From a virus, in the IMG/VR virus record IMGVR_UViG_3300042308_001049, positions 66,564 to 130,563 of that record: a stretch of 64,000 nt of DNA, one strand, 5' to 3'. The position numbers were made by a program, and so were the translations under genes. Below, in pieces: positions 19,341 through 26,789 of the stretch (position 1 is the first letter of the stretch; each line of letters opens with the position of its first letter). The notes under the pieces are model-generated. The model did not search any database. It saw only the letters and a program-made list of their open reading frames with translations, and was not told the DNA's origin.

Positions 19341-19996
19341 TTAAGCTATTAGACATATTACGTGAAAATAAGATTCTAGTCCCAAGACGTTCTAAAGAAG
19401 AACGTCAAAAGAACTACTTAATAGCTACTGAAAAAAAGATACAACAGTACATTAAGGATGGAAGTAAAGGTGATTTAAATTTACATGGTACACCAATTAA
19501 ATCCCTTGGAAATCTAACATCAGTTGGTGGTAATTTGGATTTGGGTGACACACTAATTAAATCTCTTGGAAACCTAACATCAGTTGGTGGTGATTTGGGT
19601 TTGTATGGAACACCAATTGAATCTCTTGGAAACCTAACATCAGTGGGTGGGGATTTGGATTTACTATACACATCAATTGAATCTCTTGGAGACTTAACTT
19701 CAGTCGGGGGTTATTTGGATTTGAGAGACACAAAAATCGAATCTCTTGGAAACTTAACATCAGTTGGAGGTAATTTGTTTTTGAGAGGAACACTAATCGA
19801 ATCTCTTGGAAACCTTCAATCAGTTGGAGGTTTTTTGGATTCAAGAAGAACACCAATTGAATCTCTTGGAAACCTAAAATCAGTTGGGCATAATTTGGTT
19901 TTGGTAGATACACCATTATCAGAAAAATATACCGAAGAAGAAATTAGGCAAATGGTACCGGGTGTTAAAGGAAACATATACCTACAATATGATTAA
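19337..19996 (+). CDS. Leucine-rich-repeat protein with MIKLLDILRE leader
   Basis: Seven 20-aa repeats of the form TxIxSLGNLTSVGGxLxLxx. Confidence 0.8.
   Translation: MIKLLDILRENKILVPRRSKEERQKNYLIATEKKIQQYIKDGSKGDLNLHGTPIKSLGNLTSVGGNLDLGDTLIKSLGNLTSVGGDLGLYGTPIESLGNLTSVGGDLDLLYTSIESLGDLTSVGGYLDLRDTKIESLGNLTSVGGNLFLRGTLIESLGNLQSVGGFLDSRRTPIESLGNLKSVGHNLVLVDTPLSEKYTEEEIRQMVPGVKGNIYLQYD
19490..19915 (+). repeat. 60-bp coding tandem repeat, 7 copies
   Basis: atc(t/c)cttgga recurs every 60 nt from 19501 to 19861. Confidence 0.9.
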
Positions 19997-20306
19997 TCTA
20001 TTAGATATATTACAAGAAGCAAAAGAATCATTTGAGGATTTTGCTGTAACAAGAGGTAAAGGGGCAGCTAAAATTGCTGAAAACGCTGAAGAAAAAGGTG
20101 GTTTATCTCTACTAACATGGCATCACTTTAAAGTAAAAGCTCCATATTACAAAAAAGCAGCTGAAGGTAAATTTGACAAAGAAGCAGCTAAAAAAGAATT
20201 TGATCAAACCCTAAAGAAAATATCACTAGGAATGACCCAAATAGAATTCCAACGTGAAGTTGGACGTTTAGAGGTATTAGGTGAATTACTTATTAGAGAA
20301 AAATGA
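19989..20306 (+). CDS. Hypothetical protein with MINLLDILQE leader
   Basis: The in-frame ATG at 19989 gives the shared leader, so it is preferred over the track start at 19962. Confidence 0.6.
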   Translation: MINLLDILQEAKESFEDFAVTRGKGAAKIAENAEEKGGLSLLTWHHFKVKAPYYKKAAEGKFDKEAAKKEFDQTLKKISLGMTQIEFQREVGRLEVLGELLIREK

Positions 20307-20713
20307 TAAAACTAATCAACATACTAAGTGAAGCTGAACTAAATAAATGTCCAGCTCCAACTCAAAACATTGAACTTAACCTTCAAAACAGACAAAAGGC
20401 AATCAATGAATATGGTTATGGTCCATTAAATCCAAATGAACCAAATAACAAATTCTGGCAAGCTAAAGTTGATATGTGGAAACTTGACTCTGTAGAGGAA
20501 GCTAAAACATCACTCTGTGGTAACTGTGCAGCATTTGACATTACTGAAAAAACATTAGACTGTATTGCTAAGGGAATAGGTGATGATGAAGGTACAGAAG
20601 ATCCATTTGATGTTATAGAAGCTGGTAAATTAGGATATTGCCGATTTTTAAAATTCAAATGTGCCGCGGCCCGAACCTGTGATGCTTGGGTTGTAGGTGG
20701 TCCTATTGTATGA
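20303..20713 (+). CDS. Cys-rich putative metal-binding protein with MIKLINILSE leader
   Basis: CP...CGNCAAF...C...YC...C...C-D-A-W pattern. Confidence 0.6.
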   Translation: MIKLINILSEAELNKCPAPTQNIELNLQNRQKAINEYGYGPLNPNEPNNKFWQAKVDMWKLDSVEEAKTSLCGNCAAFDITEKTLDCIAKGIGDDEGTEDPFDVIEAGKLGYCRFLKFKCAAARTCDAWVVGGPIV

Positions 20714-21030
20714 AACCCTATAAAAAACAACTACTAACTATTATAGATGGAATTAAAGTATATTTAATTGATTCATCTATTTTAAGTAGGAAATATCCTG
20801 TATGGAACACTTATTTAGGTAGTCATCATTATGGTAAAAAAAGCTCTCATATACCTGAAGATGAAATATTTATTTCAGATAAAACTCCCTTAAGTGAACT
20901 TAAAAGAGTTATACTACATGAGTATGTAGAAAGAGCTATAATGAAAGTTTTAGAACTTCAATATAATATGTCACCTGAACAAGCATGGGAAATAGCCCAT
21001 TATTTTGTTAAAGATGATTTAGGTTTATGA
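20710..21030 (+). CDS. Hypothetical protein, zincin-like HExxE motif
   Basis: ILHEYVE...AH; the ATG at 20710 overlaps the previous stop. Confidence 0.5.
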   Translation: MKPYKKQLLTIIDGIKVYLIDSSILSRKYPVWNTYLGSHHYGKKSSHIPEDEIFISDKTPLSELKRVILHEYVERAIMKVLELQYNMSPEQAWEIAHYFVKDDLGL

Positions 21031-21050
21031 GACCCTACACTGATCTAGAT

Positions 21051-21527
21051 ATGATTAAACTATCCGACATATTAAAAGAAATAGGAGACTCAAGTTCTCA
21101 ACCATATAAATTTGATTTTTATGGTGATTATGCTGGTATGAGAGTTTATGGGTTTTATACTGAAAATTATCCATATACTGTAGAATTACAATATGATGAT
21201 TTAGATTCCTATGACGAGGATACAACTAACGTATTAGGAGTAAGATTCTATGTCTCAGATGAAGATGAACCGGATTTGGAACGAGATGATATTGTAACAA
21301 ATAAAGGTGAATTGTTTAGAGTTATGGCAACTGTAACTTCTATAGTAAAAAAAGATATATCAGATCACCCCGAAATTGATACTATAACATTCACCCCTGC
21401 CAAAAAAGAAGGTGAAACTACAAATGTATCTAGGTTAAATCTCTATACAAGGTATATTAAAAATGCTTACCCCAATGCAACTATAACTTCTAGAGATCGG
21501 GGTAGTATAGAAGTAAAGTTTAAATGA
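21051..21527 (+). CDS. Hypothetical protein with MIKLSDILKE leader, paralogous to a module of 7007..8920
   Basis: NKGELFRVMAT...PAKKEGE...RLNLY vs NKGEMYRVMST...PSKKQGE...RDNLY. Alternative start at 21027. Confidence 0.6.
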   Translation: MIKLSDILKEIGDSSSQPYKFDFYGDYAGMRVYGFYTENYPYTVELQYDDLDSYDEDTTNVLGVRFYVSDEDEPDLERDDIVTNKGELFRVMATVTSIVKKDISDHPEIDTITFTPAKKEGETTNVSRLNLYTRYIKNAYPNATITSRDRGSIEVKFK

Positions 21528-21784
21528 CCCCATACACTGACATAGAAGTTACAGACAAATACATCATCCGAGAATTTACCGAAAACATTGACCCAATAGA
21601 GTTAATGTGGCATAGAGATGATGAAGATAGAACAATCGAGATTCTAGGAGAAACAGACTGGTTAATCCAATTAGACGATCAGTTGCCATCTCAAGTAAAA
21701 GGCCCTATATTTATACCCCGACATATGTGGCACCGAACTATAAAAGGAACAGGACCACTTAAAGTCAAAATACATCTAGACTGA
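21524..21784 (+). CDS. Small cupin-fold protein
   Basis: WHRDDEDR...IFIPRHMWHRTIKG. Confidence 0.6.
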   Translation: MTPYTDIEVTDKYIIREFTENIDPIELMWHRDDEDRTIEILGETDWLIQLDDQLPSQVKGPIFIPRHMWHRTIKGTGPLKVKIHLD

Positions 21785-21820
21785 TTCATAGCCAGTCGCT
21801 TTAAAAAACTTATGACAGCT

Positions 21821-21857
21821 GTGGCGTCCCCAAATTTGGAGACGCCATATTTTTTTT
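21821..21857 (+). terminator. Intrinsic terminator-like hairpin overlapping a TTTG-N20-TATATT promoter
   Basis: TGGCGTC/GACGCCA stem followed by a T run; TTTG at 21835 and TATATT at 21859. Confidence 0.6.
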
Positions 21858-21887
21858 ATATATTAATATGTAACAAGAAATAAAAAC

Positions 21888-23261
21888 ATGAAGGAAAAGA
21901 AAATTGTAATTGTAGGTGCGGGTGTAGCAGGTGTTAATGCTGCTACTAAACTCGTAGACAACGGCTACCCAGGTGAACTAATCACAATCATTGATATGGG
22001 TAAGGATCCATACAAACGCAAACCTGAAGAAGTAATGACAGGTTTCTTAGGTGCAGGTGGTTGGTCTGATGGTAAACTTACTTACCACACAGCAATTGGA
22101 GGTCAATTGTCTAAGTATTGTGGTGAGGATAAAGCAATGCAATTGATGGATCAAGTTATTACTAACTTTAAACGTTTCCATCCTAAACCAGAGGAAGTAC
22201 AATGTTCAAATCCTGAAGCAGAACCTGATTTTATCAAACCATATTTTGGTTTGCGTTTATTTCCTGTATGGCATGTAGGTACAGATTATCTATCTGAAAT
22301 TGGAAAGAATTGGTACGATTACCTAGTATCTAAAGGTGTACAATTCCATTGGGAGACTAAAGTATCTAACATTAATTTTAGACACAACGAAGTTATCATG
22401 AAATCAGTTAAACCTGAATTCGCAAATATGGATAACGATAATATGTTTTATGATGAACTTATCTTTGGTGTAGGTAAATCAGGTATTGATTTCGCCCAAC
22501 AACTCGCCCAACAATATGAACTCCCAGACGAACCTAAATCAGTTCAAATCGGAGTACGTTTTGAAGCCCCACAAAAACACTTCCAGAAACTAATTGATGT
22601 TTCATACGACTTTAAGTTGTATCGCAAATTTGAAGATAAAGGTGTTTCACTTCGCTCATTCTGTACAAACAATAATGCGGCTTATGTTGCTGTAGAAGAA
22701 ACATATGGCAATCACACCTACAATGGTCACGCTAAAAAAGATATGCGTTACCGAAACGATATGACCAACTTTGGCATCTTGATGGAAATCAATGGTATTG
22801 AAGATCCATTTACTTGGTCACGTGATGTAGTAAATAAACTTCAATTCAATGGTACTGGTTTGTATTACTCACCAACTCGAGTTCCTTCAACCACAGCAGA
22901 AGGAAACAATGTTACATCTTTCCAAATTGATAATTTAAGTGGAGTAGAAAATGTAATGGGTGAGTATTGGACTTACATTATGGACTTTATCGAGGACATG
23001 AAAAAAGTATTCCCAACACTTCAAGATGATTGGGGAATTTACATCCCAGAGGTGAAATACCTTTCACCTGAACCCCTTGTAAACTACCGTAACTTGTCTC
23101 TAACCAAGTTCCCAAATGTTCACTTTGTAGGAGACGCTTTGTCTGCTCGTGGTATCACAGTCTCAGGTGCACAAGCAATTTATGTAACTGAAGATATTCT
23201 TAATTACTACCATCACCCAGACTTATACCCAGACTTTCATGAACATCCACTTCGTTCATAA
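21888..23261 (+). CDS. FAD-dependent oxidoreductase (uncharacterised FAD-dependent dehydrogenase family)
   Basis: GAGVAG Rossmann motif, GAGGWSDGKL, VRFE, RSFC, NGH and VGD...RGI. Confidence 0.85.
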   Translation: MKEKKIVIVGAGVAGVNAATKLVDNGYPGELITIIDMGKDPYKRKPEEVMTGFLGAGGWSDGKLTYHTAIGGQLSKYCGEDKAMQLMDQVITNFKRFHPKPEEVQCSNPEAEPDFIKPYFGLRLFPVWHVGTDYLSEIGKNWYDYLVSKGVQFHWETKVSNINFRHNEVIMKSVKPEFANMDNDNMFYDELIFGVGKSGIDFAQQLAQQYELPDEPKSVQIGVRFEAPQKHFQKLIDVSYDFKLYRKFEDKGVSLRSFCTNNNAAYVAVEETYGNHTYNGHAKKDMRYRNDMTNFGILMEINGIEDPFTWSRDVVNKLQFNGTGLYYSPTRVPSTTAEGNNVTSFQIDNLSGVENVMGEYWTYIMDFIEDMKKVFPTLQDDWGIYIPEVKYLSPEPLVNYRNLSLTKFPNVHFVGDALSARGITVSGAQAIYVTEDILNYYHHPDLYPDFHEHPLRS

Positions 23262-23278
23262 TATTTATAACGAAAAAG

Positions 23279-23755
23279 ATGGCCAATATTGTCTTACTAA
23301 GCTGTACTAAATCTAAAACAGACCATGCTGCTCCCGCCCAGGAGTTATACTCAGCCTCTCCGATGTTCCGTAAAACATTAGAGTATGGTAAAAGACTCAA
23401 ACCAGACAAGATGTTTATCTTATCTGCCAAGCATCATCTTGTACCTTTAGATCAAAAGTTAGAACCATATGATCTAACTCTAAAGGATATGAAAGCAGAT
23501 GAAAAAGCAGCCTGGGGAGAAAAAGTAATTTCTCAAATGAGAGCTAAAGGAATTAATCCTGAAAAAGACACTTTTACTTTTCTAACAGGAAGTGAATATA
23601 TGAAACCATTGACTGGTGTGATGAAAAATGTTGAAACACCTCTAGCCAATAAAAAATTCGGAGAACGTCTAAAATGGTTAAATGGTCAATTAGGTGAAGC
23701 TATCAAATACATTAAAAACCTTATCCATGAAGCTATCAGCAAAAGATTTAAATGA
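23279..23755 (+). CDS. DUF6884-like protein
   Basis: IVLLSCTKSK...APAQELYS...ILSAKHHLV...EPYD; TATTTATA at 23262. Confidence 0.6.
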   Translation: MANIVLLSCTKSKTDHAAPAQELYSASPMFRKTLEYGKRLKPDKMFILSAKHHLVPLDQKLEPYDLTLKDMKADEKAAWGEKVISQMRAKGINPEKDTFTFLTGSEYMKPLTGVMKNVETPLANKKFGERLKWLNGQLGEAIKYIKNLIHEAISKRFK

Positions 23756-23966
23756 GAATGTTCGTCTGTTTCTAAACGACATAGATGATTATAGTGATGA
23801 TGCTCACTACAACCTAATGTGTGAAGCTACTTTAGGTAAATTTACCCAGTTACTAACTGAGTCAAGTGACATCTATGGTATGCTATTGGAGTCAAGCAAA
23901 AACGAGGTTAATGGTCAAGTATTTAAAGATTTCTTAGACTATATTGAAACTTCAGACTTGGCTTAG
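23727..23966 (+). CDS. Hypothetical protein (MKLSAKDLNE leader)
   Basis: In-frame ATG at 23727; LNE/LTE/LLE motifs. Confidence 0.45.
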   Translation: MKLSAKDLNENVRLFLNDIDDYSDDAHYNLMCEATLGKFTQLLTESSDIYGMLLESSKNEVNGQVFKDFLDYIETSDLA

Positions 23967-23986
23967 TAGGATCTATTTATTATATT
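23957..23986 (+). promoter_or_regulatory. Bacteroidota-like promoter CTTG-N20-TATATT
   Basis: Shares gcttagtagga with the primase promoter at 4860. Confidence 0.55.
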
Positions 23987-24014
23987 TAGATATAATTAAT
24001 AAAAACAACAAGTT

Positions 24015-24287
24015 ATGTACGGTAAACCCCGAGTTTATGAAAACAAAACCATTACATCTAATGGTTGTAAAATTTATCTATTCAAAGAAAAAGATCAAAC
24101 AGCTTGGAAAATGCACAATTGGGATGGACCAGCTGTAGAACCTCTTAATGAAGCTGAAAAATCAAAGAAAGAGTATTATTTGTATGGACAAAAATTAACT
24201 CTTGAACAATGGGAAGAAGCTCGTAAGAACCGTGAAGGTTTACCTTGGTATAAAAATCCATCAATGAAAGGAACAACTCGGTTTTAA
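24015..24287 (+). CDS. Hypothetical phage protein
   Basis: HNWDGPAV...KEYYLYG motif. Confidence 0.55.
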   Translation: MYGKPRVYENKTITSNGCKIYLFKEKDQTAWKMHNWDGPAVEPLNEAEKSKKEYYLYGQKLTLEQWEEARKNREGLPWYKNPSMKGTTRF

Positions 24288-24288
24288 T

Positions 24289-24633
24289 ATGAAATATACT
24301 GAAAAACGTCCTTGGGGTCAATTTACAGTATTACATGAGACCCCTATATGTAAAGTTAAAGAAATAGTTGTAAAACCTGGAGAAAAACTCTCATATCAAT
24401 ATCATGAATATAGAGCAGAACGTTGGGTAATTATTCAAGGTGAAGCAAATATTACAATTGATGATTATGACTTTGATCGAGAAGCTGGAGAAACTATTTA
24501 TATTCCTAAAGGAGCTAAACATCGAATTTGGAATACCAGTGATGAAGATTGTATATTTATAGAAGTTCAAACTGGAACTTATTTTGGTGAAGATGATATT
24601 GTTAGATTAGAAGATAATTACGGAAGAATATGA
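24289..24633 (+). CDS. Mannose-6-phosphate isomerase type II-like cupin
   Basis: RPWG, LSYQYHEYRAERW, HRI, IEVQTGTYFGEDDIVRLEDNYGR. Confidence 0.85.
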   Translation: MKYTEKRPWGQFTVLHETPICKVKEIVVKPGEKLSYQYHEYRAERWVIIQGEANITIDDYDFDREAGETIYIPKGAKHRIWNTSDEDCIFIEVQTGTYFGEDDIVRLEDNYGRI

Positions 24634-25160
24634 AAATAGGTTTTTGTGGTACTATGTCTGTAGGTAAAACTACACTTGTAAATGCTTTAAAAGAACTACC
24701 TGAATTTAAAGATTATACCTTTAGAACAGAACGTTCAAAATATCTAAAGGAATTAGGTATTCCTCTAAACACAGACTCAACACTAAAGGGTCAATGTGTA
24801 TTTCTAGCTGAACGTGCTAGTGAATTAATGCAAGAAAATATTATCACAGACCGCACTATCATTGATGTTATAGCATTCGCTAATGCTTCTAAATCTATGA
24901 ATTATATAGAAAAAGAAGCCTTCACAGATTTTGCTAAACATCTTATCTCAGAATATGATTACATTTTTTATGTATCTCCTGAAGGAGTAGAAATGGAAAA
25001 TAATGGAGTACGTGAAACAAACCTTGAATATCGTGACTTAATAGATTTTATAATTAACCATACTATCAAATCTAACAACCACCGTATTAAAAACTTCCAT
25101 ATTATATCAGGAACTACTGAAAAACGTATCAAACAATTAAAAGAGGTACTTTCTCTATAA
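24630..25160 (+). CDS. P-loop nucleotide kinase/ATPase (NadR/AAA_28-like)
   Basis: GTMSVGKTT Walker A; ITDRT; ENNGVR. Confidence 0.75.
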   Translation: MKIGFCGTMSVGKTTLVNALKELPEFKDYTFRTERSKYLKELGIPLNTDSTLKGQCVFLAERASELMQENIITDRTIIDVIAFANASKSMNYIEKEAFTDFAKHLISEYDYIFYVSPEGVEMENNGVRETNLEYRDLIDFIINHTIKSNNHRIKNFHIISGTTEKRIKQLKEVLSL

Positions 25161-25190
25161 TATTTATAAGAAAACCATAATTTATTAGAG

Positions 25191-26108
25191 ATGAAATTAT
25201 CTGAATTAAAGCGCTCTATCCGTGAGATGATTGTAAGTGAGCTTACAGAAGCTAGCGCAACAGAATATATAGCTTCAACAACCCAAGGTGAAGAAGATAG
25301 AATTAAAGGAGACCCAAAAATATCAAGTGATGTTAAAAGAGGTGCTCTTCAAGCCTTAAAAACAGCTAAACCAGGAACAAAAGTAGTTGTCCCTACTAAT
25401 GAAGCCTCACTCAATGAATTTGCAGCCTTCTACAAAATTAAAGATGATGTAGATAAAGAAGAAGCAAAAGCTGCTATTGATAAAGCCATCAAAGATAATC
25501 CAGGACAAAAGAATTTACAACTTGCTTTAAGAATACTTAAAGATGAAGAAAAAGTAAACTTTGAGAAACTAGCTAATTCACTAGGTATAAAAAGTGTAGC
25601 TACCTTTAACAACCAAGATTCTAGAAAAGTTTTAGACGGTGACTTAGCCCCATTTATTAGCTCAGCTAGACTTAAAAAATCTGAACCAGTTGAACCTGGA
25701 GAACCTAAAGAACCAAAAGAAAAAGGAGCAATAGGTCGTCCAATAGGTCGTCCAAAAGGGTCAACTAAATCAAGTGATGCTTTAGCTTATACTATGAGTG
25801 GTGATGTTAAAGTAGTAGGTAAAGATCCTAGTAAATCACTTATTAAAAGAGCTGTTAAAGCCGCTCGTTCAGTCCAACCTATAAGCACTATCAATACTAC
25901 AGACCTAGACGCTGTGGAAGCTCAATTAAAAGCTATTAGTAGTGAGTTAGAAACTAAACTACCTAAAGCAAAAGAAATTGCCGCTAAAGGTAATACTAAA
26001 AACTACTCAGAAGAAGAAGCAGCCTTTATGGATGATATTAGAACTAAGAGTGATTTGAGAAAACAATTAATTGCTACTCGTGATAAAATTGTTTCTAAAA
26101 AAAGATAA
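25191..26108 (+). CDS. Hypothetical protein with MKLSELKRSIRE leader and AT-hook-like GRP motifs
   Basis: TATTTATA at 25161; IGRPIGRPKGS from a 12-bp duplication at 25729-25752. Confidence 0.55.
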   Translation: MKLSELKRSIREMIVSELTEASATEYIASTTQGEEDRIKGDPKISSDVKRGALQALKTAKPGTKVVVPTNEASLNEFAAFYKIKDDVDKEEAKAAIDKAIKDNPGQKNLQLALRILKDEEKVNFEKLANSLGIKSVATFNNQDSRKVLDGDLAPFISSARLKKSEPVEPGEPKEPKEKGAIGRPIGRPKGSTKSSDALAYTMSGDVKVVGKDPSKSLIKRAVKAARSVQPISTINTTDLDAVEAQLKAISSELETKLPKAKEIAAKGNTKNYSEEEAAFMDDIRTKSDLRKQLIATRDKIVSKKR

Positions 26109-26469
26109 AATTATCAAACTAGATTGGATTAGAAGAAATCCTCAGATAGTAGTAATAATTTTATTATTAGGGCTTATAATATTTCAATACTTATTCTTAA
26201 GTAATTCTTATAAAAAAGAATATTACAAAATGCTTAAAGAACAAGAAGTAAAATATGAACAACAAATAAATAAATTACATACATCTAATGATTCTATTTT
26301 AGCTCTAAATACTCGTATTAAAAATAGAATAGCTGAGATTGATAAAGATATTGCTAAGAAAGAAGCTGAATTGGTTAAATTAAAAAAACAAAATGCACAA
26401 AACACTGCTAAGCTTAATGCTATGTCTGACGCTGAGCTTTCCAGCGCTTTCACAGAACTCTTCAACTGA
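26071..26469 (+). CDS. Putative inner-membrane spanin-like protein (start uncertain)
   Basis: N-terminal hydrophobic helix IVVIILLLGLIIFQYLFL followed by a coiled coil; no ATG before the helix. Confidence 0.5.
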   Translation: MLLVIKLFLKKDKIIKLDWIRRNPQIVVIILLLGLIIFQYLFLSNSYKKEYYKMLKEQEVKYEQQINKLHTSNDSILALNTRIKNRIAEIDKDIAKKEAELVKLKKQNAQNTAKLNAMSDAELSSAFTELFN

Positions 26470-26785
26470 TTTAATTACAGTACCTCGTTCTACAGTTATA
26501 AGTGCTATTACCAAGTATAATGATTGTAAACTTGAACTTCAATATAGTCAAGAAAAATTATTTGCTACTGAAACTAAAGTAAAATTACATCAAGAAGAAA
26601 TTCTAAATTTAAATAATCTTATATCTAATAAAGATATTGAGATAACTAATTTAGGTGAAATAATTAAATTAAGAGACAGTGAAATAAAAGCTCTAAAACA
26701 ATCAAAAAGAGCTAAGTTTTGGAATGGTGCATTACTAGGATTCGGCAGTGGTACTGTCCTTTTATTCACAGTGCTCCAGTTATAA
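26393..26785 (+). CDS. Secreted coiled-coil protein overlapping the spanin-like gene (putative spanin partner)
   Basis: Signal peptide ending ALS/Q, coiled coil, C-terminal hydrophobic tail; overlaps the previous gene by 77 nt. Confidence 0.5.
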   Translation: MHKTLLSLMLCLTLSFPALSQNSSTDLITVPRSTVISAITKYNDCKLELQYSQEKLFATETKVKLHQEEILNLNNLISNKDIEITNLGEIIKLRDSEIKALKQSKRAKFWNGALLGFGSGTVLLFTVLQL

Positions 26786-26789
26786 TATT

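Noticed and set aside
19490-19915. Regular 60-bp repeats as a possible CRISPR array
   Set aside because: In-frame coding repeats with no unique spacers; the nuclease at 5822 is a typical stand-alone phage exonuclease with no cas operon.
21779-21815. preQ1-I or SAM-II riboswitch assignment
   Set aside because: The architecture is similar but the loop does not match either consensus as I recall it; kept only as an unassigned pseudoknot candidate.
23944-24138. 64-aa plus-strand ORF
   Set aside because: Spans a promoter motif and overlaps two better-supported genes in other frames.
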